A stretch of 64,000 nucleotides of DNA from Camelus ferus (GCF_009834535.1 NC_045696.1:113772001-113836000); one strand, 5' to 3'. Shown: positions 38,258-52,450, counted from the stretch's first letter. The notes: generated by a model from the sequence alone, not told the origin. Numbers and translations: made by a program.

Positions 38258-41200
38258 GTCTTCTATCCAAATCTCTTGGGAGATGGAAGCACCTTACTCA
38301 GTTCTCAGCGCCCTTTCCAAACACGCAGCGACGGACTGCTCCCGCGTCCTGCAAAGCAGGACCCGAGAATGACCTGACTCCAAAGATCAGACTCCTTCTT
38401 GTAAAACCTCAATTTGTACAGAATGTTTCAGGAACATACTTCTATTGAGTAAGGCTCAACTTGGTTTTTCAAATTTGTGTGCTCTTTTTAATTAGAGGCT
38501 TGTTCTTTCACTATGCTTTCCTTGTCCATTTTGTACTCCTTAAACCATTATTTTGCCTCTTTTGACTTGTTCTACCGTCTCAAGCATCAGCAATGGTCTC
38601 CAGCAGACTCTCCTTTCTGGCAGGACTGCATCGCAGTGTGGACTATCCCCTCCGATGTGAGCTCATCCTCGGTGTGCACTCTTTATTTTTCTGTAGAAAT
38701 CCCATGTGCCTTGGATTGCGGAGTGTTTTGCATTTGTTTCTTCATGGGCTTCAAGAACAAGACCAGTTTGAGACCAGACTATACTACATGCGCCAAAATA
38801 TACGGCAATAAAAGCATCCCTTGGGAAGAGTCAACTTACACTTACATCTTTATTTAAAAATCTCTTGTATTTAGATAGTGTCTCAATTACTTTATTCTGA
38901 ACAGGATGCTATCTGGTAAAGACAAAGTAGCCTGAAACCAGCTCAGTCAATTTTTGTTTGGCATTTGTGTAGAAGTTTCCTCCCTCAAATCAGTTTAAAA
39001 AAAAAAAAGGGAAATACAGAAACTTAACAAAGCTCCCGGAGTAGGACATTCCTAGGAGTACAGCTCTACCATTTGAAGGCATGGATTTTAACAACCTTTT
39101 AAAGGTCATTTAAAAAAGAAATCTATTTAAAAAAAAAAGAAATACAGTACTTTAGAACAACCAAGAAATTTTTAAAAAGCTGGCTGTATGAGTTTTCTAA
39201 AAATGGGTTTTCATAGCTTGGACAAATTTTCAGTAATACTGTCCTATATGGATTCAAAAACTGCTGAATCCCAAACAGCTGAGAGGGAAGTGAAGATGAC
39301 ATGGTATCGAAACATAAAGGTGTGCACAAGACACACCTACACTTGCCCACTGTTGGAGCTGACTGAGCATGCACACAATAGATGCCCACAAAACCCTCAA
39401 AACCAGAACCCAACCTCTCCAAGTGCACCCTTCCCACAGAGGAATCACCTCGCACCTCCCAGATCAGACGGCGGGACAGCTGTTCTTGAACACTGAACTT
39501 AAAACCGTGATGCAGGACGGTGCTGGTCCAGCAACACTTACTTATTAATTAGCACCGCACAGAGAAGACATAACTGAACAGGTGTCCCAGGAACCCACGT
39601 TTCTGAGACATGGTGATTCATTTCTGCTCTATAACTGCTGAAGTGTCTCATACGTAATGACAATTAATTACAAAGCATAACAGCTGAGCTACTTAATGGA
39701 GTCCATGGACAGTGCATGATAAATGACCCACCATATGAAAGTTGCTGCTAAATTAAAGACAGTTACATAAACATAAACATAAGGAGAAAGCTCTCCTTTT
39801 TATTTTGTTTACATTTTTTATAGGTCTCACATTACCCAAGGCGATTCTGTAAGACGTAGCATATTTACAGATTTGCTAAATGTAAAATGGAAATAATAAA
39901 CAGACTTCCTTTATCCTTTGGGAAAGAAGTAATACATTTCATGTTTGTAGACATAACAAGTGGCAGTTATTTATCTTAAGAGATTAATAATTCAACATAC
40001 AGACAACACAGTACAAAGTATTCATCATAGCTAGCTGGAAGTGACAATTTGATTTTTTATATAGCCCACAACAGTGTGGAAGTAAACGATATTTTAACAC
40101 AGTCTAAAATGAAACAATGACTAATTCTGTTAATGATACAGTAAATTAACAGCAATTACAGAGCTGGCCGCAAGCCCACACTCTGAGTGAGTGCTACGTG
40201 ACACACACCAGAGACGTTCTTTGAAAGTGGCAGAGTGTTCATAAATCCCACAGAAGTTTCCAGACTTGGCGTGTGTACTTGGGAGGGTAATGGCACTGGT
40301 TCCCTGTGTTTCTACCATGACGTTAAAAAGTATGGCATGTACATCACAGAAAGTTGTAACTCCACATACTAAGAATAATACATTAAAAATGGCTAACAAT
40401 TATGCAGTGTTTACCTGCCTGGCACTGTTCTAATGGATTTTCACTGACTACATAATTTGGTCTTCATCATCAACCTGCCAGGTAGGTAACCGTGATGACT
40501 CTCATTTTACAAAGAAAGAAACTGAGACACAGGTTCAGAGGGATTCCAGTGCTCCCAGTTGAGGCAGTTCTAACAGTAAGTAAAGAAGTTATAAGGAGGA
40601 AGGAAGCAGGAAATAGACAAAACCAAACCAAAACAAACACACACAAGAAAACAACCCACACCCCAAAGAGCCTTTTGAAAATAACAGAAAAAAGAAAAAA
40701 AACCAGGAAGAGAATTAAGAGACTTACAGGAACTCTAGAGCTCAGCAGTTTGACTTTTTAGCCAGAGAAGCTAATGATACAGAGATTCAATAGCTTTTTT
40801 GGCTCAAGTTCTGCTAAAATGAGAATTCATCTAAAGTGGTTTCAGCAAAGAGAAGAAACGTGATATCCACTATTATTACTGTTCTTTTTATGCAAAATGA
40901 CCTGTCACCTCTGTGAGATTGCTGAAGGCAAGAAAAACCCAGTCAGTCAAAGAAAAGGTGAACAAATAATGGTTGAATAAGACTTGAAAATGGTCACTTA
41001 AATGTATCTAATTTTTGAATACTTTGAATCTTAGCATTTAGAATATCCTAGTGAGTATTCTTCAAACATCTGTGGGAAGCAGATGTAACAAAGTGACCTG
41101 ACACTCATGATCCTGGGCCAGGTAGCTCTCCTGAAAAGTAAAATATGACTCAAGTCTGATTGGGAGGATGGGTTGGGGGCTGGCTGTCCGGTGATAAAGT

Positions 41201-43956
41201 TCTGTAGTTTTGATCAGGGGAGTGCCATGAGGAAAGGGATTTCAGAATGCATTACAGGGCTGTCACACAGCATTCCTTCCTAAAGTAGCCCCTTCCAGTC
41301 GACAACACTGACTTATTCCCAAACTCACAAAATGGCTTTTATGGGATCAATGGCGTGGAAGCTTCTTTGAGCATATTGTCTGAACAACTGAACAAATCAA
41401 GAGATACATGGATACAGGTAAAACAGAAAAGAAGAGGGGAGGGAAGGAGAAAAAGTGGGCAACACAGGCCACAGCGTTGAGGGAAAGGAGGGACCAGGCA
41501 CTATAGGCAAAGAAGGACCAGAAATGGCTGCAAAACCGTTTCTGATCACGGCCTTCATCCCCCTACCCTGGAATCCACCTGCTGAGACAGAGACAGGGCA
41601 AGTAAGATGGCGAACACCGAATGGTCCAAGGCTAACCACTCTACGTTGAGTGATTCTTGGGTTGAGGCATCCTTAGAAGGATGGATGCATGTTTCCATCC
41701 TTCCACGCCCCCACCCCCAAAATAATATTAAGAACAGAAGCACTGTCACCAGCACAGGTCTCCTGGCCTTCCTGGTGAGCATTCAGGAACTACGTCTTTG
41801 TTTTACGGAAGGAATATTTAGCACGGCGAAGGGCTCCTTAGCTTTTGCGGGTACCTAACAACAGCTACGTGGGTTTGTTCCCTTCCTAAACTTTCATGCC
41901 CGTTTGTCTTTAATCCCAGGCAACCCCTTTCCTTCTCTCCTGTCCCTCTCGTACTCTGCCCTCATTCACAGTCTAGTCTCTACTCTCTGGTTCCACCTCC
42001 TGGGTTACCTTCCTGGCTCCCAGCCCAGCCTTTCTGAAGCCTGTTGTTTTGGGTTCATCTTTTCCCCTCTGGTATTCTCGGTAAGACTACTGCCCTAAAA
42101 AAAACACCAGGGTGATTTCCCCTAAGGCTGCATGGAAATCTACCTTACAGAAAAGACAACAGTAACCGAGGAGAAGTCAAATAGCAATGATTCAGAATTG
42201 TGTGTGAAAAATACACCGCTACTTTTAAACATTCTATTCTGGCTGCTTGAATCGCCTATTCCTAAAAATAAAAGAAAAACCTCTGAAGTAGTATCTTAAA
42301 TAAAGAGTCTAGGCCCTTGTAACATTCAACTTTGTACTGTAGAAAATCTGCTTCTGTGACATAACAACAAATATTACCTTTTACAAGTAAACAACTGCAT
42401 GACATACATGTGGGTTTTTTAATAAAGAGTGCCGACGTCATTTAACAAAACCGACAGCAGTATGCAGAGCTAAATAAAACTCTTAGAAATGAATTGTGGT
42501 GGACAGGCTAACAATGAATGTTTATTTATCAAGGGAACAAATTTATATAAGGGCCTTAAGGACAAGGATTTTTATCTGATATTGATTTTTCTCCCCTATG
42601 GGGGAGAGCAGAATGTCAACATGCGTTTGTTCAATAAACAAATGAACTGAAAAAATACAGAATATTTACACTGGAAAAGAGGCCACACATACCATAAACA
42701 TAACAACTGAAGGAGAACTTCCCATGATCCAATAGTTGGGTTTACAAAGACTTTCCCTGGGGGGTAGGTATCACCTGACAGATGTGGAAAGTTTATAAAG
42801 GGAAATGTGTCACTTTGTTATTTAAATTTTGATTTAGGGCAACTTTCAAAGTCTTCTGATTAATATTTCAGTCAGCAGAGATTAGAACATTCTCAAACAT
42901 TAACTGTAGAGTTAGGATTAAGACTATGTCATAACTCCTTCAAATTAGAAAACAGCATTGAAAGACATTTTGGAAGTCTGATACATATTACTACGTTGTG
43001 TCTACTTCAAATAAACAGTACAAAGAATGTAAAACTTTGAGGTGTCTTGGTAAAAATGACTAACAAATTACTTTTCTCCCTCCGCTCATAAGAAGATTAA
43101 CATACTTTTGTCCTGACAATATTAGAAGAATTCACTTTTCTTCAAAAGCCTGTTTGGGTCAGTTTTTCATTATTTTTCTCCCTTTTTTAGTGATGAATAG
43201 ATTAAAAGAACAAAGCATCTGGCCTCCTGTTATTAGTAAGAACTAACATCTCATCACGGTAAGGTTGTTACATCGGCCGCACTGGCAAGTTCTGAGGTTT
43301 CCAAAGACAAGTGTCATCAGAGGTCCTACAGTTCCAGTTGATGGGTGGTTTTACCTTCTTAGATGTGGTAAAACTCTAACTTAATAAGATTCATTTCTCA
43401 GCTATGTACTTAAGATCTATACTATACTTTACAGTCACATGGTGGGATATTTTTGGCCTGGTTAGGAGTAACTATTCTTCACTGACCATAAAAATCAATT
43501 CACGAAAGAGGTTAAAAATAGAGGATACAAGAAGAAATCTAACATTTTATCCAAATATCTCATTACTATTACATTTTCACTATTAATAATTTTAAGTAAA
43601 ATCTCCAGTTCTTTATTATCATGCAGGAATAGTATTTTTAAAAACACTGTCGACTGTTATAATACACATTTATTTAGTTTATAGCCAGCTTAGTGGAAGA
43701 ACAAGATATTTTTGGTTAGTGATACTGTGGAGTGAGATACTGCTGTTACAGTTATTTGCCTTTTCTTCCCCTAATAGTCACTGGCGGAGGTAAAAACATA
43801 TCTCCCCTTCAACAATTTGTCTTCCAGATTTGCTCCATGGTGATAATGCAATTTCACAGAAGTAATTTCACAAACTGAAGTTTTGTGCAATGCTTTAAGA
43901 CAATGCCTTTGAATATTTTTGTGAGCAAACTTAATGCGATTGCCCTGGTTTTTATA

Positions 43957-44442
43957 CAGGCACACCTTGGGAATAGTGTGGGCTCAGTTCCAGACTACCA
44001 CAATAATAATAAAGCAAATACCACAATAAAGTGAGTCACGTGATTTTTTTTGGTTTCCCAGTGCACACAAAAGTTAGGTTTACACTATACGGCAGTCTAT
44101 TAAGTGCACAATAGCATTATGTCCCAAAAACAAAGGATATAACTTAATCAAAAATACTTTATTGCTAAAAAATGCTAACTCTCACCTGAGCCTTCAGCGA
44201 GTCACAGTAGTAACATCAGAGATCAGGGATCACAAATCATCATAACAGCTATAATAATAATGAAAACGTCTGAAATAGTGAGAACTACCGAACGGCGACA
44301 CAGAGACACAAAGTGAGCAAATGTTGTTAGAAAATTGGCATCAATGGACTTGCTCACCGTAGGGCTGCTACAAATCTTCAATTTGTAAAAAACGCAGTAT
44401 TTGCAAAGAGCAATAAAGTGCAATAAACGAGGTATGCCTTTG
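43957..44442 (-). mobile_element. Tigger1 internal-deletion derivative (TcMar DNA transposon)
   Basis: Terminal inverted ends CAGGCACACCT / AGGTATGCCT(TT)G with TA on both sides; interior matches recalled Tigger1 ends; no transposase. Confidence 0.9.
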
Positions 44443-45409
44443 TATATATATATTCTAAAATTTTTGCCTGTACTTGTTGCTTCACACAATCTTTTGAGAA
44501 AAAAAAAAGTGCTCTTAAAACTTGGATCTAGGAAGGTGGTAATGGAGCAATGTAACTGGCATTCCTGGGAGCACAACTATCTCAATTTCTACCTGCATTT
44601 CAGCTTTCAGAGCGTGCATGTCAACTTAGGCATGCATATCTTTTTTTGAGTAGAAGATATAAAGAAGTACACTTTTGGGAAAAATTAATCTGGTTCGTTT
44701 CTTTTAATTTGTATTTTTATTTCTCATTAATAAGAATGTATTATAATTTCAAATGTCTTTTGTTTTTTTCACAGTGAGTGTATGATGTTGGTGATACATT
44801 TGCACTGAACTAATTCCCAGCAAGTGACGGTATCCCTGTCTGATGAAAAGGGAAATTTTGGATTGTCCATACTTCAAAACACTCATTCTGTACCTTGATA
44901 AACCTATATTCTCTCTTCTCCCTACTGAAATCCGGTCATCCATTAGGGGCCAGATAAATACTATTTCCTTGAGGATGTCTTCCCCTGCTACTCCCAGTTT
45001 GTCCAGTACCAGTGTTCCAGAATGTTGGCTATACATGGGTGTGCATGCCTTTGTGAGGAAATGCTTCCTAGCTGGTTTTATTTTATATTACTTTTTCAAT
45101 TTTTTATCATTAAAAAACCCAGACTTACAATGAACAGACTCATTAATTGTTAACACGGAATTTTTTTCCTGTATCTCTCCATTCAAGTTCCTTATATGTA
45201 GCAGATTGCCATGCTGAGGACGTGGTTGGGAGAACGAGCTTGCTTTTTCCGCACTTCAAAGTCCTGTCATCCTGCAACTTGACAACTGTGTTCCTTTCCC
45301 TATGGAAACGCTCTCCATCTTTCATGGGTACTCCTTTTATGAAGCGGTCTCCTGCCATTTTCAATCACAGTTCTCAGTCTCTTTTGTGAACTTCTATTGC
45401 ATTTAAACT

Positions 45410-45560
45410 TCCGTTTTGGTGTGTGTGTGTCTGTTTTTCTTCCTACCAAGACTGAAGGCTATCTGAGGACAGGGCATGTAGGTGTCTCTGCAATACACAT
45501 GGTATCAAGCACCGTGCCTAACAGGTCTGGATATATACCTATTGAGTAAATAAATAACTG
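45410..45560 (+). mobile_element. L2 3' end
   Basis: AGACTGAAGGCTATCTGAGGACAGGG..AGCACCGTGCCTAACA..TATTGAGTAAATAAAT. Confidence 0.65.
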
Positions 45561-47220
45561 GCCATTGTCTGTAAGAAGCCTTCTACTATCCAATACTTGG
45601 GTTTCTCCCCAAACCCACAAGCAGGGGTAGGGGAGGAGTAAAAGAAAAGTTTCTTCTGAACATATTTACTGATTTTCTACTGGATGTATATTTAATTTTT
45701 AATTTAACTTAGATGTTTTAGGATGTTTTGCCGCTGGGGTACACCTGACACGACCAAATGGTGGTTCTGATACTGGTTAGAATCATCCACTTTGGTTAGT
45801 CACCAGTCCTCTTCTAGGCCCCCAGTCCTTGCTCCAAGAGAACTCAATTTACTCGTTAGCATTTATACAAGTAATTACAACTAGGAAGATGAGAATCCTT
45901 TTCTGAGAAGATGCCTCAGTGAATATGTCATGAATTTTCCTTTCTTTTGTCCTTACCGCCAAGAATTTCACAATACCAACTAGTTTTTTAACAGCCCAAG
46001 AAGGTATTTATTGATGCCTGCAGTCTAAACAGGTCTGTAGTAGGTTCCAGGGAAGATACAGATGTAGAAATACTCTCTGGCTCTGAGGAAAGCTTGTTGC
46101 CAATTAAAGATAAAACTAGAACAAAGGAACATTAGGGATAAATTTCATTTATTCAACAAATATGTGTGGACTCTGTACTCCCTTCAACCCACTGGGTGGA
46201 AGGGAGGAGCATGGGGTGAGGTGGGGCAGGAAGTTGAGATGCACAAGTGGGGTCCTGACCCTGGGATGCCTGCCAGCAGCCGAGACACAGAGAATCCCCC
46301 AGTGACCATCACGAGGTGTGACACGGCAGGACACAGGGTCCCATCAGAATAGGTGGTACCTGGCTGGGAAGAATCCCAGAAAGTACTGGAGAAGGGGTCG
46401 GTCCAAACTGAACTTTGAAGGGGTGCAGTAAGGAGGGTTGGCTGATTATCTTTTTTGGGGGGCTTCTTTCTTGAATTGCCCACTAAGAAGGACAACATCA
46501 AATTTATCTACATAAAAATTCACACTGTGTCCCACCGACCTGCAGTTATTGGCTTCATATACCTTCAGCTGCAGAGCAATGACTGTGCACAAAAGCTAAG
46601 CTCTTCGGAAAAAATGCACAGTGGTATTAATGCCTCCTGTGAGAAACGTGGGGTGCTGGCATGAGAGACATGTGTGGAGTGGACACCATCTTCTCAATGA
46701 CTCCATCCACCTGTTCATTCTCCCGTCTGCTCCTCGGGGCGGGTGATGAATGCCATCACTAATGACATCACTGCACTAGTCTCCTTCATGACACCCTTTT
46801 CCTTTGGTCTCTCCTTCCTGCCATCATACACCATGCTGCTCCAGAGCTGGTCTTTCTAGCACGCAGACACATTCAGGATAAATTCTACGTTTGTAGAGGG
46901 GGCACACCTGCCTACCTGGGCAGCCGCCTGGTTCTCCATGGATCACACTGCCCGCAAAGGTCACGCACGTGCAGCCTTCTCTGCATGCTGTTCTTTTTGT
47001 CAGGAAGACTGTCTTTTCTTCAGGGAGAACACCTCCTGGTGCTCCTTCTTCTGCGTTCCCACTGCACTGTTATCCCTGCTACAGTCATTGGCATGTCTGC
47101 CCCACCAGAGGTCTCTAAGTTCCATGAAGCCCAGGGTTGGGTCTCTTACTTCAAGGTGGGTACAATTTCATAGCTTTGCCTTTTAATTGTCTTAAAATCC
47201 TGTTATTAAAATCATTTCAT

Positions 47221-47811
47221 GGTGAAAAGACAACCTATGGACTAGGAGAAAATATGTGCAAGTGATCTAACTGACGAGGGGTTAATTTCCAAAATATACC
47301 AACAGCTCATACAACTCAGTATGAAAAAAAACCCAAACAGCCCAGTCAATGGGGCAGAAGACCTAAATAGACATTTCTCCAAAGCGGACATACAGATGGC
47401 CAAAAGGCACATGAAAAGATGCTCAACATTGCTAATTATCAGAGAAATGCAAATCAACACTACAATGAGGTTATCATCTCACACCAGTCAGAATGGCCAT
47501 CATCAAAAAGTCTACGAATTATAAATGCTGGAGAGGATGTGGAGAAAAGGAAACCCTCCTACACTATTGGTGGGAATGTAAACTGGTGCTGCTACTATGG
47601 AGAACAGTAAGGAGGTTCCTTAAAAAACTAAAAATAGATTTATCATATGATCCAGCAATCCCACTCCTGGGCATATATCTGGAAAAGATGAAAACTCTAA
47701 CTCGAAAAGATACATGCACCCCAATGTTTATAGCAGCACTATTTACAATAGCCAAGACATGGAAGCAACCTAAACGTCCATCAGCAGGTGAATGGATCAG
47801 GATGTGGTATG

Positions 47812-47866
<55 letters not shown>

Positions 47867-48343
47867 TGGAGTATTACTCAGCCATAAAAAAGAATGAAAT
47901 AATGCCATTTGCAGCCACATGGATGGACCTAGAGAACGTCATACTGAGTGAAGTAAGTCAGACAGAGAAAGACAAATATTATGTGATATCACTTATATGT
48001 GGAATCTAAAAAAATGATACAAATAAATCTATTTACAAAATAGAAACAGACTCACAGACATAGAAAACAAACTTATGGTTACCAAAGGAGATAGGGGAAG
48101 GGATAAATTAGGAGTTTGGGATTAACAGATACAAACTACTAAATATAAAATAGATAAACAACAAGGATTTACTGTATAGCTCATGAAACTATATTCAGTA
48201 TCTTGTTATAACTTATAATGGAAAAGAACCTGAAAAAAATGTATGTATAATTGAATCATTTTATATACTATATAGCATAACAAAGTGATTTGTTATACTC
48301 CTGAAACTAACACATATTGTAAATCAATTACACTTTAATTTAA
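47221..48343 (+). mobile_element. 5'-truncated L1 with 13-bp TSD; internal (AC)25 at 47815-47864
   Basis: ORF2 C-terminal peptides ([22 protein letters not shown]); AAAATCATTTCAT at 47208 and 48344. Confidence 0.95.
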
Positions 48344-48459
48344 AAAATCATTTCATAGGTTTAGACACATTCAACAAAAGAAAAAAAAGCTAAAGAAAAC
48401 AAGGCTTTTCTAATGGAAAATGTGGCAATTCAATGAAGAGAACAGCTCCTTGGAGCAGA

Positions 48460-49300
48460 TAACAGTGAAATGCTAACAGACGGCAGAGAGAAGGCACAGG
48501 TTTTGAACTCTATTCAATTATATTAAATTTTATTTCTGTGTCAACAAGGAGAATGACATCATTTGATTTGTTAGGACTTCGAAAATCATGTCATGATTGA
48601 TGGGACCCCAAAACCAAACAGTGCCATGGTTACTCCATTTCCTTTTCAACAAGGTGAGAAAACTACAGATTAGCAGAATAAAGTAGAGAGTACTCCACAC
48701 TTGAACTCCACATACACACAATCAAAAGTCTTAGCAGTTGTCTTCCTTCATTACTGTCAAAGGCACGAGCCTAGAGCCAAAGCAAACACAGCAGCCTGGC
48801 AGTCATCAATTTGACTTTTATGTATGTTGGGGAGGGATTACCGATGACCAGTGAGACTGTAGACAGTAGGATCCAAAAGCAAACTGGGCTGCTGCAAATA
48901 GCACTTGTAGTGCATCCCTGTGGGCCAGAGACAGAGAGTTCCAGTCTGGGTGATAATCTGGTTTGGTAGGTGTAGAACAGAGATCTTGCTAAATGACCAA
49001 ATAAATTAATTGGCACAAAGAAGCTCTCTAGTAGGACAATTTGTGATTAGCCTTTTCAACACTTTACCGATGACTTAAATTGAGACTTAAAAACCAGGCT
49101 TATCAAAGCTATGGATAACATAAAGTTGAACAGACAAGGGAACACACGGACCGGAAGTGAAGAATCAAAAGGTCTAAACACGTCAAACTAGAGTTTAACA
49201 GTACAAATTTAACAGGGAAAATAAGACCTACAGTTAGGTTCAAAGCAATAATTTTCACAAGATAGAGGAGATGTGGCTTAAATGTAATAACTTTTGAACG
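48460..49300 (+). mobile_element. Possible CR1/L3 remnants
   Basis: GAGAAGGCACAGGTTTTGAACTCTATT and TTCAACACTTTACCGATGAC..CTTATCAAAGCTATGGATAACATAAAGTTG resemble decayed CR1 RT-region codons; highly diverged. Confidence 0.45.
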
Positions 49301-49329
49301 GAAACTATGAAAAAAATAAAACATGTTGA

Positions 49330-49735
49330 AAGAAAAGTACACAGATCATTGGTGCACAGCTTGATGAACTTTTTACAAAGTGACCACGTCTAGGTAACCA
49401 CCACCTAGAACAAAATATAGAGCATTGCCAGCACCCCAGAAAACTCTTTTGTATATGTCACCAGTCATAAACACCCCCCAAATGTAACCGTTATTCTGAC
49501 TCCTGCCTCTGTAACATTAGTTACTCCTGTTCTTGAATTTATAGACAAGGAATCATACAGTACTCTGTGAGAGTACTGTATGAGTACTGTGAGAGAAAGA
49601 AGTTTCTCTCAATATGTTTGTGAAATTCATACATACTGCTCATTGTTCTGTTCTTTATTTCACTATTATGTACTATGCCATTGCATGAATACATTACAAT
49701 TTATTTACCCATTCCACTACACATGATTTTTTTCC
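49330..49735 (-). mobile_element. Old L1 3'UTR
   Basis: GTGCACAGCTTGATGAACTTTT..GTAACCACCACCTAG..AGCATTGCCAGCACCCCAGAA..GGAATCATACAGTA. Confidence 0.8.
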
Positions 49736-50539
49736 CAGGAATTTTCTGTTTAAATAAAGCATAAGAAGTGACAGTTGTACAACATGACAAGGTGGCAGCA
49801 AAGACCAAGTTTACCTACTTTCTTTGCCCGAGCCTGGCTTTGAAAACAAACACATGCATCAATTTGGCTTTCATGATGTGACTTCGGATTCTGAGGTTGT
49901 GAAAACAGCACAGAAAAGTGACTGTGTTCATACTGTATTACTGAAGGTAGGTATCTCTAGGAAAAGGTACATAGTTCTTGGATTATAATATTCTCCTGGT
50001 TTGCAAAATTTGGCCCACGTACTGAGTATTATTTGAACCTATACTTAAAGATGCAAATTATTTGCTTATAATTTGTGTCCACAGATGGTGTGCATAAAAT
50101 CTAGCCTAGATACTTCATAAAATCAAGAATATACTTCAAACAAGATGGAAATAAAAACTCAAGTTTTTTGTTTAACACATTAATTTCACATGTTAAATTA
50201 ACATGTTAATTTCTTGCTAATAAGTTTCATACCAGTATCTGCAGCACTTAACTTTAAGCATTTTTAGCTAAATTGTATTCCCTTTCCTTGTTTTACCATA
50301 AAATGCATTACTTTCTCCTGGGTCTTTCCCCTTGTGACATCTTCATAGAAAAGGGAGCCCCTTGTTCCAGGTGGATCTAATTCCGTGGGACAGAATGAGA
50401 GCATACACACACACAGACACACACACGTACACACATACGTACACACATACTCTCAGTGCATATTTCAACATTACAAACCAACGGAGCACAGATTTCAGAA
50501 GTGCCGAAGAAGTGACAGGCAAAACAGCTATTCATTTGC

Positions 50540-51010
50540 TTCATCCAAACTACTTTCTGCCAGGTGCTAAAGACAGTTAAGTTCTCTGTTCTCATGGAGA
50601 TTTGAGTCGAGAGTGAGTAAACAGAAAATAAAACCACCCCACAAATAAGTATGCCAGATTATGAAAAGTTTCAAGACAGAAACGATCAGGTTGATGTGAC
50701 CAAAGAGAATCAGTGTGGAACTATTAATCGAAGGTGGTGAAGTAATGAACCTCTCTCTCAGGAGATGACACTCAAGATGAGAGCAGACGAATCACCAAGT
50801 TGTGGCCCACACGAAGAACTGGTCGAATGTGACCCAGGCCAAAGGATCAGCAAATCCCAGGGTCCTGCAGGACAAAAAGGAGGCCAAGGAGGCCGGGGCG
50901 GGGGGGGGGGGAATGAGGCGGTGGAGGGGGCCAGTGGGAGAAGTGTGGGTTTTCCCCTAAGTGCAGCGGGAAGCCACCAAGAGCTTTAAGCAGGGCAGTG
51001 ACAGATCACT
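50540..51010 (-). mobile_element. L2 fragment
   Basis: TGCCAGGTGCTAAAGACA..TCTCATGGAG..GGAGATGACACTCAAG..GGGAAGCCACCAAGAGCTTTAAGCAGG. Confidence 0.65.
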
Positions 51011-51229
51011 AATGGTTCAAAACGAAAGGAACCATACAGACGTTAAACTTTCTCTTTCTACAGATGAAAACACTAAGTTCCAGAAAGTTTAGTGTCATCA
51101 AAAGATGAATGGTAGGAAAGTGTAAAGAACGTAGGTTTCTGTAAGGTTTCTTTTCAATAAGAGACCAACCTTCAGACACATGGTAAGGGATTATTCTCAC
51201 TCATTCTATTAGAGATACAATTATATTTA

Positions 51230-51800
51230 AACATTCCTTCTTATCTATTAGATTGGTAAAGGTCATTATTTGGTAGCACCACATTGCCTGGGGAAGGATA
51301 TGGGGAAAGGGCAGATGTATCTAAGTTGGGAGTACAACTTGGTGCAACTTCTTTGGAGGAGACGAAGGGTCATATCTATTACAAGTGCACATGCAGAGAT
51401 CCCTTGTGCTAGCACTTTGTTCTAGGAATTTGTCCTACAGATACATTTATACAAGAAAGTAAGTACAAAGATACTCAATGAAACATTATTTGTGATGGTG
51501 AATCATTATTTGTGATGGCGAAACAGTGGAAATAACCTGTATGTCCATTGTAGGGAATCTGTTAAGTAAACTAAGGTACCTTCTTTCCATGAAATAATAT
51601 ATAATTATAATGGAGCTGATCTACATATGTGAACATGGGACAACCTTGTGGATGGTGAGTGAAAAAAGGCAAATGCAGACAAAAGATGTCTTTGGGAGGG
51701 GAATGAATGCTGGCCAATGGGGAGGAAGACTTACTCTTACTGCACACTCTGTGTTGTTCCAACTTTTCACTGTGTATACACCCATCATCTATTTAAGACT
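51230..51800 (+). mobile_element. Old L1 (L1ME-like) 3' portion
   Basis: TTCTAGGAATTTGTCCTACAGATA..GGAAATAACCTGTATGTCCAT. Confidence 0.65.
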
Positions 51801-52249
51801 GTTTTTAAAAATGAAATGGTCTGGTTAAAAGCAAACTGCTAGAGAAGAGGTGATGTTTAAAAGCAAGAAAGGGAGGAAGAGAAGAGAAAGTGTGGAAATG
51901 AAGAAAATAACTGGAAATAATCTGAAAAAACATATTGCTTTATGTATTATTATTTTGTCTAAACTACTATTTTATATAACCTATAGGGATAGATTTTAAA
52001 ATAAGTTAGTGGCCAAGTATAGGGGAAACATGAATATACATTACATATACAGGTTTATAATTTGGCAAAAGCCAAAACAAAACCCCTCAGTTAATGTAAT
52101 TCTCCACAAAAACAAAGGCAAAAAGGATGTTTTCCATTGACTACAGAAAAGAATGCCAAGGGGTGATGTAAAGTATGGCTGTTGTCAATGAACTGAATTA
52201 CAGTGTGTTTATTAGCAAGTTCATAGCTCAGCTACTTCAGGTGTGAAAA

Positions 52250-52450
52250 GAGGGGGTTGCTAGACTGGAAATCAGGAGGCCAGGAGTTCGAATCCTGGCC
52301 CTGGCACTTAATGTGATTGTAATCACACTGCTTAATCTGTTTCCTGTGATAAAGAAACCTGCCTCTCAAAGCAAGAGAGTGAGGTGGGATAATGAAAGTA
52401 AAAGTACAGTATAGGTTGTACAAAATACATCATGATGTCTGGTACCCAAC
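52250..52450 (+). mobile_element. MIR
   Basis: CTAGACTGGAAATCAGGAG..GAGTTCGAATCCTGGCCCTGGCACTTA..TCTGTTTCCT. Confidence 0.65.

Noticed and set aside
38513..39496. 100-114-aa ORFs
   Set aside because: No recognisable homology or splice context; lengths are compatible with chance.
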